Of a stretch of DNA of 64,000 nucleotides, positions 1-12,670 are shown piece by piece; the stretch's first letter is position 1, and each line of letters starts with the position of its first letter. This stretch comes from Magallana gigas (lineage: Eukaryota): the NCBI RefSeq assembly GCF_963853765.1, contig NC_088861.1:30070001-30134000 (forward strand). Reading direction: 5' to 3'. Under the pieces are notes generated by a model. The model saw nothing but the letters and a program-made list of their open reading frames with translations. It made no database searches and had not been told where the DNA came from. The position numbers and the translations under genes are program-made.

Positions 1-287
1 AAAAAATATATAACTTGGTCCAGCGGACGCATAATAGGTCGGTCGACGAAAAAATCAAGTCGATATCGGCCAGGACAACGGATGATTAACCGTCCATTGG
101 CGCCCGTGGAAACTTATTTTGCCTCATAAATCGTTGGCCGTTGGTCGTTTCTGGAAATCTGACAAGGGTTATAAGCTTGACGTAGCTGACAAATTCATCT
201 TAACGCTATCGAAAAAAAACAAAGCGGTTCTGGTAATATTTACCGATATGTTTTAAGCAATCTTTGATTTAAAAAAATAACACTCAC

Positions 288-430
288 TTGAGTTTATTTT
301 TGGGCAACCGGTGGAAATACTGCAAAGTCTTCTGGAACATAAGCACTGCTGTTGGCAACCATATCCATAGTTTGGAAGTGACAAGGATTATTACAGTATT
401 TCCCGGTGAATCCAGCTGGACAGAATGGAA
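288..430 (-). pseudogene. EGF-like (MEGF10/CED-1-type) exon with a 1-nt frameshift; gene continues off the left edge of the window
   Basis: Minus strand: polypyrimidine + AG acceptor (432-431) and GTGAGT donor (287-282). Translates CPAGFTGKYCNNPCH/F(fs)NYGYGCQQQCLCSRRLCSISTGCPKINS. Length 143 nt, one short of a symmetric phase 1-1 exon. Confidence 0.75.
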
Positions 431-1364
431 CTAAAAAAAAGGATAACTTGTAAATAATATCACCATTTTTATGAATGCATGCACAACAGACAAAAACCCC
501 ACTAACCTCGGACTTTTTATGATAACTTTTACTACACTCTTAGTTACATAACCATTTATTCATTCTTGCATTTTACAAACTCTGTTCTCTTTGGTGGTAT
601 GAAAATCTTTGGTGGTATGAAAAATAACAGTAAATTGCATACATTTTTTTCTCCATAATAATAAACTATTTTTAAAATTCAAAAGCATGATTGTTGATGT
701 CTTAGCAAGGATGCTCTAATTATCATACATCATTACAATTACCAGCATAATGTGATAACAGAGTTTTATAATGGTTCTCCTTCTGCTCAGCTTATTAATT
801 ACTGAGCGGGTGTGTTAATGTTCATTTTCAGTATGATCCTATTTGATGCTTCTTTCTTTTTATTAAGAGACTGCCTCTTATCCCTTTCTTAGACCCCCGC
901 TCAGATATTATTTCATATAAGTACTGTGTATCACTATTCGTTAATTGAAAAAAAAGTATTCGTTCTATGTTATTCTTTAACTCCACTACAACGCTTTCGA
1001 ATTAGATACAAAATTATGATTTTATACTTAAATATATTCTTCATATGTATAAACGAAGTAAATTATGAATTATCATAAACTGTTAATCCAAACGATTTTT
1101 AATTCAACATGTAAAATGATAATATCTATGCATGCATTTCTGATATAAATTGCTGAAATCTGATATTATGTCATATTATATATTTTCATGTCATTTGTTG
1201 TCCAAATGTCATATCCATGTCATGAATCGTGTATTGCATTTAATCTTTAACAGTGCAGTGTAAAACGGCTTAATTTGTCTGTGAAAAATCTCTATACTGA
1301 AGATAAATACATATATCATGTACATATTTAGATAAACTTCACATAAAATCTGGTACATTGTTAC

Positions 1365-1525
1365 TTAGAGGTGGGCATCCATTTACATAATGACACAACT
1401 TCTGTCTGCATTTACATTTCCTTTTACATCGAAGGCCAAAACGTGGATACGTGCATACTTCTTGACAACGGTATCCATGATATCCAGGGTGACAATCTCC
1501 CGTAAAAATAGGCAAATGGACGTCA
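1365..1525 (-). CDS. EGF-like (MEGF10/CED-1-type) exon of the same minus-strand gene
   Basis: Frame different from the listed 1383..1580 ORF: DVHLPIFTGDCHPGYHGYRCQEVCTYPRFGLRCKRKCKCRQKLCHYVNGCPPL. TTACAG acceptor (AG 1527-1526) and GTAAC donor (1364). An alternative phase-1 start at 1499 follows TTTTACGG, possibly a mutated acceptor. Confidence 0.7.
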
Positions 1526-2485
1526 CTGTAATGAAATAAACTGTATAAATAAATATTTGCTTCACTGATATTACATGCATTTCATTTGTTTTGATTGTTA
1601 TTGCTTTGTTTGACTATTGACTTGTGGTTTTGTTCAATTTGGGATAAACCTAAGTTTACAAATTCTTTGTTATTTTAGTACAAAGGGATCGAACTTTTTT
1701 TGTTTACTCAATACATAAAAATAAACATATATTGGTAGATGTTTCTTTTAAAGTGGGGCTGCCACGATTTAATTTGGTAAAATTTTATTTTCCGTTTTTA
1801 TTGTTTACAATGCTTCAGTTAGGCATTGCTTCCTAATAGTCAAGAAAAATCTGAGTGTCGTTTGTCAAGTTGTATGCGAGATACAGATACAGAAATTAAA
1901 TTTATTTGTCATGCAAACAAAGTTCAGATATTGTTTTGTAAATATTGAGAATTTGCAGGTTTTTACCTTAAATAAATAAAGAAAAAGATAGGATCTGTTA
2001 AATTCTTTAAAACCAATTAATATGTACCATACAAATTCAACTACGAAAGAACCTAAATATGTCAATTGAACCAATGTAAACAAAAACATGACAAGAGCTC
2101 GCTTATATAGCAAAGCATTGTGAGCTTTTTACTTGCTCTAACTCTAACAATTGACTCTAAAATGTTGGTGGATCAATAGAAATACATTTAGTTTTCAGTA
2201 GTTGATTAGTAAAATAATTAAAGTACTAAAGTACTGACGGGAGTTGATTTTATCGATTATCATTTATTTTAAAATCAACTTATCTTGCATGGCAATTAGT
2301 TTCTAGTTTGTATTTGAATTACGCACTTTTTTATTAAATGAATTTTAGACTTTTCCGACAAGAATTTCGAGAAACCCTGTATGAATCATGATGTGTAATA
2401 TCTAAAGATAGATATCAAACTATGTATAAGTAATCGAAGCAATTCTATAAATCTTATGGATCCAAGCACTATTGATATCGAACTC

Positions 2486-2599
2486 TAGTCTCGCTCAACT
2501 AGACGCTCGGCTGTCTCCGTTAATCTCCGACAAGCAAGAGAGCCTTTCTGCTTGTCGAAGGTTTACGGAGACTGCCGAGCGTTTGGTTGAACGAGGCTT
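2486..2599. mobile_element. Palindromic non-autonomous DNA transposon (TAG-terminated, AcademH-like candidate)
   Basis: Arms TAGTCTCGCTCAACTAGACGCTCGGCTGTCTCCGT and ACGGAGACTGCCGAGCGTTTGGTTGAACGAGGCTT. Degenerate 10-bp flanking repeat TATCGAACTC/TATTAAACTC. Same family as 56442-56510. Confidence 0.7.
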
Positions 2600-3177
2600 T
2601 ATTAAACTCTGACGTAGGAATACCTGAGACTAAAAAATATCTTAGTTGTTCGTATTATATAAAATCTGACTATTTTCAAAGTGTTTTCTGATAAGTTTTT
2701 CATGAAAAACAATGCTTCAGCATACATTACTTTGAATTTTTCAATTATTTTACAAGAACTAAGTCTTGTCAGCGGTGATGCTTTGTGCTTGGGTCCAAAC
2801 ACTGTTTCACTTTCGGTTTGCCAGAGTAACTGCATAGGAGAGTTGATTAAAATCAACTCCCAAAAAGGAGAGAATATTGCTTTTTATCATTAAGATAATA
2901 TTCCGATATCTAAAGGAAAATCTAATAAAAATATAATCACAAATCATACTTTTCAATATCTATCATTTTAATTCATAGTTAAATGCGTTTTGAAAAGCAT
3001 AAAAAGTAAAGCTTTGTCAAATATTGCGATAGAGCAAATACAAAAATACCCCTCAAAAACGCTGTATAAAAATAAGCTCTTACATTCTTTTTTTGATAAA
3101 TATTTCTTCATTGATTTTTTAATAGAATTTCTCGAGGCTTGGAAATGAAGCTTATTACGATAACACACACACAGGTG

Positions 3178-3181
<4 letters not shown>

Positions 3182-3238
<57 letters not shown>
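3182..3238. repeat. (AT)n microsatellite
   Basis: Direct reading. Confidence 0.95.
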
Positions 3239-3239
<1 letters not shown>

Positions 3240-3556
3240 CTTACCCTTGAAAACTTGGATCACTAGCTAAGGTCAATGCTAACCTTCCAAATACAATACA
3301 AAACTGAATTAACACGGCAGAGCTAATCATGTATCCTCTTTTTGAAGAACACTCATATCCATTGCAACATTTTGAAATGCGATCAAAATACAGAAAACCA
3401 ATTTATAACTTTTTTAATAAACTGATCAAGTGTCTGTATTTCCTGTCAAATTAGATTATGGATCATGAATAATGATATCTATATTATCTTCTTCCTTAAA
3501 AAAAATTCATTGCAATGTTTGATCAAGTGTTCTGGCTAAAGAAGAGGAAGAAGAAG

Positions 3557-3560
<4 letters not shown>

Positions 3561-3622
<62 letters not shown>
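3561..3622. repeat. (AG)n microsatellite
   Basis: Direct reading. Confidence 0.95.
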
Positions 3623-3624
<2 letters not shown>

Positions 3625-5588
3625 ATATTTCCCGCATGTACAATGTTTTTACTGCTGATATGAAATGTAACTTTAGGATTCTGATAATAAGGAAAAAATT
3701 AATATTGACTTTTGTTGTTGCTGCACATGAACCAATCTGATTAAAATTAATCATAATAATTCAAATTAATCATTGGGAACCTATATACACGTGTGTATGT
3801 TATTCTGTTTAAATATGCTATCAATGGCATATGGAGACAATGACCTTGTTTTTAAGATATTGTAAGTGCAAATACTTTTTTTCCGTCAGCCAAGATACAA
3901 TAACAATGACATTTTAACTTTATGAATTCAGCATAGCTGAACGTTCAATAATTAGATATGGAATTAGTGTAAAAGAAAATAATAGTGTTTGGAGAGATAA
4001 CAGTATTCAAAGACTTTTGGCAGGAACGTGCCTTCTGTCAGATCAACTTTCACTGTGTTCAATAGTGCTGTTTGTTTAAGCAGCAGCAATAAGGTTTGGA
4101 TCAGGAACTACAGTTAAAACATATAGTGTTAGTTTTTCATTTGTACACGTGATCTATATCTCATACTTTGCAGTAAACCGAGATTTTATCAAAGTTGGAT
4201 CTATGACCACATGGCTAGTTAAATAAAAATTCGTATACCTGATATTTTTGATGTAGTTTTAAACATTATCGACCGTTAACACATTCTTTAGAAGCTTTAT
4301 AAGAACAACCTTGAACAATTCAATGATATTGCCGCAAATCTATATTAATTTTTTTTTCTCTCACAAGGAAATATTAGAATCATACTTCACACACCATATG
4401 CTTCAAACACAAAGACTGATTAGCTAATGGTTTTCTCTATTTGACATTTAATTTGGATTTTGTTAGATCTGTATACAGCCTATCATTTTCAAACAGTTTG
4501 TAAATTAAATTTACAAGGCTGACCTAATGTCAATACAAAGTTAGAAAGGTATCTAAGCACCGATACCTTAGCAGATAATCATCATTTGTTTATAATAGAA
4601 AAATACCTAATGGCTCCCTTAAAGTAAGACTCGCAATCAGTTGCACTTCAACGTCAACTAAAACCAATTTGAATAGAACATGTAATTAAGGCAAAGCAAA
4701 ATGGATAGTATATGTACATGAATTTGGAACAGTAGCAGTCTAGTTGTTGTTTCAATAATGATAACATTGCTGAAATTTATCATTTAATGTTTTAAAAGTG
4801 TTTGATGGTCATGACCATTAATTGACAGTATAGATATCCTTCAGAAGAAGAGCTCTTTATAAAAAAATTTTTTTTTTAAACTACTATAATTAAAAATGTT
4901 GAATGTATGAATTTTTCTTTACTCAATATTTGTTTATAGATAAACAAATCTTACATTTTTAAGCAAACCTGATGGTTGATTAGTTGACCATCCATCCTCC
5001 TTTAAAGTCGGATAACAGCTGCGCAATCTTAAGTATTCAATTTATTTGGATGTTCGTATAGGTGGTATTGTTCTTTTCCTGCTATACGGGATGTTGACCA
5101 TAGATACGTACACATAATAGTGATTTGCCCTTACCCACATTAAGATGTCAAAATAATATCCCTACAGCAAAGTGTTACTCTAAGTATTATAAAGGTAGGA
5201 AATGCTATCCGTTTGTTAAAAGATATGTAGACAAAAGTTATGAGCAGGTTTACACGCCCGCGAATAGTGTACAGTTAATAACAGAACTATATTTACGCAC
5301 GCATAAATCGTGAACCTTGTTATTCTATGCATGAAGCAAAAATTGCGTAACACTCTTAGTACGCATGCTTAAATGAGTATTTGAATAACTGCCCAATCAG
5401 AAAACTTGTCAAAGATGTGTTATGCCATTATATACAACGTAGTAGGTGTGTTTGATACATTCATATTTTACGTGTAGATACATTAGATGCAAATGAAACA
5501 CTTTCTAATAATTAGATAGTGTTGATGCAATTATAAACCTTATCGGGTACTATAAATCAAATTCAATTTTCAAAGCCGAAAAATAATA

Positions 5589-5895
5589 ATGTTATTTAAA
5601 AATCATCGAGTTTATTTTCTGTTCCTATTTTTGTCATTGTCAAAAGCCTTCATAACCCGTCATTTTAAGGCAAAGCAAGAACTTAGCAATAAACTTCTAA
5701 TGCATACTCTGTTGGAAAGCAGACGCGTTGGATCTATCATAAGGTGTGCCAGTTTGTGTGACAATAGATGCTATTGCTTCAATTTTAACTCTCTATCAGG
5801 GATCTGCCGCCTCTATAGTTCATGTGATCTCTCCGATGCAACAACTAGTGAAGAAGGATGGACCTACTTTACCGAACTCACCCCGCAACCTGAGG
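5589..5895 (+). CDS. Exon 1 of secreted PAN/apple-like + SRCR protein (signal peptide + PAN-like domain)
   Basis: MLFKNHRVYFLFLFLSLSKAF hydrophobic leader, then CASLCDNRCYCFNFNSLSGICRLYSSC...EEGWTYF. Phase-1 GTATGT donor at 5896. Confidence 0.85.
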
Positions 5896-6955
5896 GTATG
5901 TATCTTGAAAACAACAAAACTTGTGAAGTCTGAACTAGTTAACGTGTAAAATATAAATTAAAACGTTTAATTCCAAGGTAGTAAAAGCAGATATAATCAT
6001 ATTTTTTGACAAATGATATTGCTTTAGAAAGGTAAACCTATTTGGAAATATAAATCTCGCTGAAAGCTACCCGGTTGTAATTTAAAAAATAAATCACTTA
6101 GTAAAATTATTTATTGCGCATGTGATGTCTATTGAAAACTTCTTTGGACAAGTTTCATGAATTTGTTGTCTAAAAATGATTTCTTTGAACAGTTTGGATA
6201 CGTATTCAGTTTTTGTATCAAATTCTAACACTCGTTTTTAACCTAATAAAAATATTTTAAGAGTTAAACGTCGAGTCTCTAGAATTGAATAAAATAGAAA
6301 ATTAGATTTTCGAAATCAATTTGCACTGGTTATAAGACCATATCATCTGTCAGTTTTAAATAACATGAAAAGAAATTTCTTATCATACGCACGCACCGTG
6401 AGCGAATGTTTAGTTACTTATTGCTGGATGTGTTGCAGGGGATATGGAGGGGACAAGACACATTAAAACTTTTATTTTATTCAACTGATTCCCAAACTCC
6501 ACATTTTATTTAAAAAAAAGAATATAAAAAGCTCAGTTAATTATGTATGCAAAAGCTGAGTTAAATGCAATACTGAAGTACGCAGGTATATTAGCCAGTA
6601 GTGCACGTGAAGACTTATTGCCTGAAAAAATTAATTTAAAAGTTAATACATTTACATATTACAAATCTTTTTTTTCTTATTACAAGCAAATTATTATTAA
6701 AAAAAACAAATCTCGTTTCATTATGTTTGAAAAAGATTGGAGGGAAGTTGCTCCAATTAATTTGCAAAATCAAGATTAATCTATGTCTGCTAATTGTTCT
6801 AATAAAAAACCTAATAAGATATGTAATGCACATTTGTTTATAAAGGTTGATGATTTTAGAAAAAACCCTGTAATTACGCCTTATTCCACGAAGAACATAA
6901 AAAACTCAACAATTATACTTAGTTTATGACACGCACAAGTATCTATATTTAAAAG

Positions 6956-7094
6956 GCATAAGACTGGCTGACGGGGGACATTCTGGAGAAGGACGTGTTG
7001 AGGTATTTTACAACAACACCTGGGGGACCGTCTGCAGTGACCAGTGGGATGAAAACGATGCCCAGGTTGTCTGCAGAATGTTGGGATATTCGGG
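6956..7094 (+). CDS. Exon 2 of PAN-SRCR gene (SRCR N-terminal half)
   Basis: AG acceptor 6954-6955. [47 protein letters not shown] is a canonical SRCR motif. GTATGT donor at 7095 (phase 2). Confidence 0.92.
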
Positions 7095-7877
7095 GTATGT
7101 AATTGTTAATACCATTTTTGCTTTTACAATTTTCTTATGTTGAGCGAAACTCAAAACTTGTTTCCAAATCTTCAGAAAGCTCAAAGGGAAAATAATTTGG
7201 TATCAAAACCAAGTTAATCATTTTGAATGATACTTTTTGTATTTTGATTAACAACGCGAACCTACCAGAACAACGAATACAGTGTATGAATACGCATTTT
7301 ACAGATATAATTATAAAAAATTTGATATGAGAACCATTCAGTTGACAACAATTATAAGTATATTGATATATTCATTTAATTCACGTTTTTGCTCTAACAT
7401 TGTAAAAGGCAAGCTACCAAACCAATATTTTGTCAATATGTATAACACAAACAAGTACAATATCCTGTGTAAGCATCTCCAAGTCATTTCTTTGCATTTC
7501 AAAAGAAAACATTTGTTACATGTATAAATTAATGTTTAATGTGTTCACACAACTAAATACGAAATATTTTGTCGATTTAAAATTGCTTTGTATTCAAAAT
7601 AACTTTTTATGAATCTATATTGATGACGAGACTATCCTTGATATATTTGCTTTGTTGAGTGCGATACTTTAAACAGTACATACATGATCTTTAAAAAAAT
7701 CTCATGCACGGAATGAGGACTTTCCTTTTTGTGGGAGCGAGGATTATCCTACTGTATTGCACAAGTAAATTCACTCCAATTTTTCAAGGAGGGTGAAGGT
7801 GATAAAACCTGTAAAGATTATCGTTTTGTTTTCCAAAGAAAGAGTTGCAAAATGTCTCTTTTTAAATTTTGTATCAG

Positions 7878-8046
7878 GACGTCAATGGCTGCGATTGGCG
7901 TTTTCGAAATGGGAAGTGGACCAATCTGGATGAATGACGTTCAGTGTGAAGGTCACGAGACATCTCTTGCGAATTGTTCCTTTACTGGGTACGGAGTCCA
8001 GAATTGTGACCACGAGAAGGATGCTGGTGTGATGTGTGATATGTGA
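7878..8046 (+). CDS. Exon 3 of PAN-SRCR gene (SRCR C-terminal half, stop)
   Basis: TTTTGTATCAG acceptor. TSMAAIGVFEMGSGPIWMNDVQCEGHETSLANCSFTGYGVQNCDHEKDAGVMCDM*. Joined CDS 307+139+169 = 615 nt = 204 aa. AATAAA motifs near 8490-8510. Confidence 0.92.
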
Positions 8047-8666
8047 TGTATAAATGAAGAGGAACTCAAGGTCTGTTTAAAGAAGTCATTGTCAGATCTA
8101 TACGGATAGCTGAGACGAATCCTTTGAGGATTGAAGTAGTTATTTTACACGGACGTTCGTAAAGTACCTCTTAAAGAACTTTGTGGAGTGTTATTTATTC
8201 CTGGACTTTTTTCTGTTGCGATGGGTATCATTTTGTACATAACAGTGTTAGTTGCTAAAAGGTTAGTTCAATGAAATAAAACAGTACATAATAACGCAGT
8301 TTCATTGCAAATTTTATTTTGTTACGTGACATTTAAACCAGAGACGTTTAATACACGTGGCTAAAATTGAGAAGGTAAAAGGGACATTGAAATGTGGAAA
8401 CAACATGTCACTACTTTGCTTTGTTTATTTTGTTTAAATTGTTTTATTATTAATGGATCATACTCACGTTATTGTTGATCACTGTTGTACTTTTATAATA
8501 AATTAAATAAAAACGTAGCATGAATTTTTTTTACGGCGGCATTGACAGGTCAGACGAAATATAAATACCTCCTATTTGCTAGGACGAATTAGTTATTTGT
8601 TCGGACGTGTTGGGGTTTGTTAAACTTGGTTATTAGGTCAGAGGAATGATATTTTTTCGGACGTAT

Positions 8667-8700
8667 GAGAGAGAGAGAGAGAGAGACAGAGAGAGAGAGA
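8667..8700. repeat. (GA)n microsatellite
   Basis: Direct reading, one interruption. Confidence 0.9.
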
Positions 8701-9857
8701 AATAATCATGGTTAAAAGATTTGAAGAGTCTAAATCATGTTTAAATGACACACCTTTGTGATCTTTTGATTAATTGGATAGATATTTTTAGACGTGCGTG
8801 TGTCAGTTCTTAAGAACAATGTCTCATACAGAGATTTCAAAAATAACATAATCTGAGCCAAACAACGATTCGAGGTCGTACATCTTGATGATTTCATACG
8901 AGATTTTAAAGGAGATAATAAATAGTGATACATGTATCTTATATATCATTTAATATGTAACTTTTTAACCGAGGTAAAAATGAGTACCTACCCGTTTTGT
9001 TTGTGAAGATGTGTAAAATTTCGTACAGCGACTTTTTTTACGGATTGTAAAATATTTTAATGTCATTTTCTAGTGTTTCGCACATAGCTTAATGTTTGTT
9101 GTGTTTTAATTGTTAAGTGTGCGTTTCCTTATACCTGATTAGCAAAACATGTTGTCAATTATTCATTTAATCGTATTTATAACCTTTTTATGATCAATGA
9201 AATAAAATAAGTATTTGACACGTTTTATGATATTTTTTTGTATTCCTTGCCCTTTTCGTCGCCAATATCTGGCCTATGCGTAACATAGTGTCATTTTCGT
9301 ATGGATAAGTATTTAACCAACTGAAATAGACAATACAAAGATATCTTAATTTATCTTTCCTTTAGGAAGTTTGATTATTGTCAAGTTATGCTCGTGCATG
9401 TATAAAGGATATATTATGAAAACTTTCTATTTTTTTCTTCAAAAATGTTGAACACTGAAAAGCGTTTACTGGGATAGAATAATCGCTGTGTTTGATGTCG
9501 TACTTTTGTGACTTTAAGATCTAAAGCTTAGTAAGCTTAGTAAAAAAACTCTTTTTATCAGTCAATAATTCTGCGTAGTAACCGAGTCAAGAGATCCTAA
9601 ATAAAGCCAGCGTGACCACTTTTTGTATACATTGAAAAACATTCTTATCAAATTTTGAATAACAGGGAGCGTGGTTATACAGCTATTTTCACAGCGGTTA
9701 AATGGTCTATTGCGCAGATAAAACAATTGAAGTTAACAAAAAACAAGGTTTACCGCTGGTTTTTGTCTTAACCCTTCATTGAACCGGTCAGGATATAGGA
9801 TAATTTTTCAGTATAAAAGCCTGCGTCCATTAAAGGAAGTTACATGTATATTTTGCA

Positions 9858-12670
9858 ATGGCCTTTTATAACGTGTTGTTTGTTGTAGCATTGATATGTC
9901 AACCACTTGTGCACAGTTTTCTTTTGAATTCAAACGATTCGCACTCAGGATTAGGAAACGACAACCAAGACCATGTGTCCCGACGAATCGACAATCTTCA
10001 AGTTCAGATTCAGCTTTAATACAAGACTCTTGAATCACAATCTGCTTTGATTCAACAGCTTCTGAACTATTCCAGACAATCGCCTTCAACAGAAGCTCTT
10101 AGGAATGAACTCGCTGTTCTTCGAACCTTCGTTCAACGTATAATCGAAGAATACCAACGTTTATCTGGCATAGCTTATACCACTGACCTTGCTTTAAAAA
10201 TAAACAGCATGGCAAATTCGATTCAAATTCTTACCACTTCTGTTACTGGCCAACAGCATGTGGAAGTTGATCTAATGAGAAAACTAGAATTTCTTAATGC
10301 CACAGTTTTAGGACTGCAACCATCCTTGAATCGCATTGCATCCATCGAACAGTATTTGTTGTTTGTTAACCATTCTCTAACTTCTTTTGGCCCTGAAAAT
10401 CAACATAAGCTTCTGACGCTTTTTCTAACGATTTACAGGAAGTCCAAACGAAACTCAGTGCAATCCAAGGAACGCAATCAAATGAACACCAGCAGGTGTC
10501 AACGCTCAGAAATCAATATTCAACCATATATTCGAAGCTTACCGCTCTCACACAAGACGTAAGTAGTGCAAAAAACAGTGAACAGTCCTTGCAAACAGTG
10601 GTATCTCAGAACCAGCAGTTTTCCACTAGCCATATTTCGCTCCTCTCGGTATTCTTCTTTGTATACCCTGCTCCACGAGAGAGTAGAGTAACCACACTTG
10701 AACATAATCTGGAAATTGAGCACATAACAAATCATTCAGAGGTCAGGTTGTACAGTCATCAACGTTCGTGGGCCCTAAGTATAGGTTTATGGAATATTTT
10801 TACCCACATCTTTTATTCCTTTTTTGTTGTTGGAAAATAGACATCAGATAAATTTTCTTTCTTTACATTGCAGGCATTTGACTTACAAATGGAAATTATA
10901 GTGGGGAGGGACATTTAAAGGCGAAGTACCAAGGCAGTTGGGGGACCGTATGTGATAATTCCTTCACCGATCAAAGCGCACAAGTTGTGTGCCGCCAGTT
11001 AGGATTTCAAACGTACAGTAAACTTATGATGCTGTATAATTATTTTGAATTATTGATTTTTCTACATATATCAAATCATAATTATATTTTAAAATATCCT
11101 TCTGAAATTATTTTATTAACCGTTAAAATTCCTGTCAAAATTGTTTTTTTATTAATGTAAATGTATGATATAATTGTAATGTTAAAAAATATCATAATTG
11201 TAATATAAACATTACAACTACAGGTCTCGTGCAACATTTAAAAGTGTTGCAGCTTTTGGTAGGGGCTCGGGTGATATTGTACTTGACAATATCGTCTACA
11301 CCGGTGACGAAAGTTCAATGTCGTCATAACGGATTTGGACAAGACAATTGCGGACACAATGATGACGTTAGAGTCATTTGTTGTGAGTATCAACACTCAT
11401 CGATTTGAATGTATAGATGATTTTCAAGCTAAGAAGCCAAGGAAAGAAATAGTATTTTAGAGATTGATAGAAAATCAAACAATAGAGTATTTTTCATAGG
11501 TATCATTAGATTAAGCACGGATTTACATAGACATAACAATGGGGCAAGAGGGTGTCTAGATAAAATCTTAATGCATCTATTATGTAATATGTGGTAAGCA
11601 ATTTTTTGCATTAACCATTATACAATCAACTCAAATTATAAGACCATTTAGGTTTAGAGATGTTCGAATTACAATCTAACATTAAAACGGTGACGAAACC
11701 TTTAATTGGAACCTATACGATGATGTTCCAGTTAAATCATCATTATTGGATGCTCGTTGGAAGGCAGTGGAGTTCATTAACATAAGTGTGTGGGGGGGGG
11801 GGGGGGGGGGGGCAAGAAATTTCAGAAAATGTAAACATCAAATGTTTGTAAATGAATTGTTTGATTGAATACATATATCCATCTGTATCACTTTGTTGAT
11901 ACTGAAGAAACATTTGCAGGTTGTCCTTTTCTCTATGTAATAAATGTCTTTTCTTTTAAACATGGCTTAACTGCCCAGATTTTTATGCGCATATCTAAAA
12001 ACTGCAAAAGGAAATTTAAAAAAAAATAATGAACAAAAACTAATGAGTACTACTAATGTAAAGATGTACCAAAATAAGCATTTGTAATAATCAGACCGCC
12101 TGTGTGGAATGCTTTTGTGTGAAGAGCATACACAATATATACTTGTTGCCTATCATATCGCGGGTTCTAAGGTATCAAGGTACTCGGTATTTCTGTTTAC
12201 GTATAGTATCATGCGCTAAAATTGACATTTGCCATCAGGATATTTTAGACATAGTAAACAGAGACACGGTGAACATCACTGAGGTATATAATAGAGGAAC
12301 TCACAATAACATTAGTTTCTGGAAATATTTCTGATATATCTGAAATATTGATGGAATTTTCGACAAAATAATTAAACTACCTCGATATTATAGGACCGGC
12401 TCATAAAATGATGTAGGTTAGAACGCTTTAAATGCCAATCTTTAAAATGTACTTTTAAGTATCATTTTGTATACATTATCATGTAATATATTTAAATTCT
12501 AGATCTGTGAGAGCCAAATCGAGTGCTTACTTCGGCAGAGGAACGGGGCCAATACTAATGGATTCGTCCATTGCAGCGGAGATGAGAGCTATCTGGCACT
12601 GTGTCCATTCCAAGGATTTTGTCAGGGAGTGTGTGATCACTGCGAGGATGCTGGGGTCGTGTGTCAATGA
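9858..12670 (+). pseudogene. Signal peptide + long coiled coil + two SRCR domains (scavenger-receptor-like) pseudogene
   Basis: ATG 9858 MAFYNVLFVVALICQPLVHSF; in-frame TAA 10017; frameshift in T-run ~10420-10424. SRCR exon 10874-11012 has TGA at 10879 (GI*LTNG...WGTVCD...VVCRQLGF). SRCR exon 11224-11382 has a deletion/frameshift. Terminal SRCR-half exon 12503-12670 has a 1-nt frameshift (FGRGTGPILMD/VHCSGDE...CDHCEDAGVVCQ*). Confidence 0.88.

Noticed and set aside
1383-1580. Listed 65-aa minus ORF with a signal-peptide-like start
   Set aside because: It starts in the polypyrimidine tract; the real coding frame is the cysteine-rich EGF frame at 1365-1525.
4969-5040. Minus-strand stretch reading ...CYPTLKEDGWSTNQPSG followed by a GTTTGC donor, resembling the end of the PAN exon
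   Set aside because: Similarity is too short, with no upstream cysteine pattern or start; could be chance.
10627-10686. ~60-bp segment (SHISLLSVFFFVYPAPRE) that looks foreign to the coiled coil, possible MITE or TM helix
   Set aside because: No convincing TIR pair or TSD, and too short and polar-flanked for a confident TM call.
10047-10840. ORFs 10047..10562 and 10496..10840 as separate genes
   Set aside because: They are frameshifted pieces of one pseudogene exon that starts at ATG 9858.
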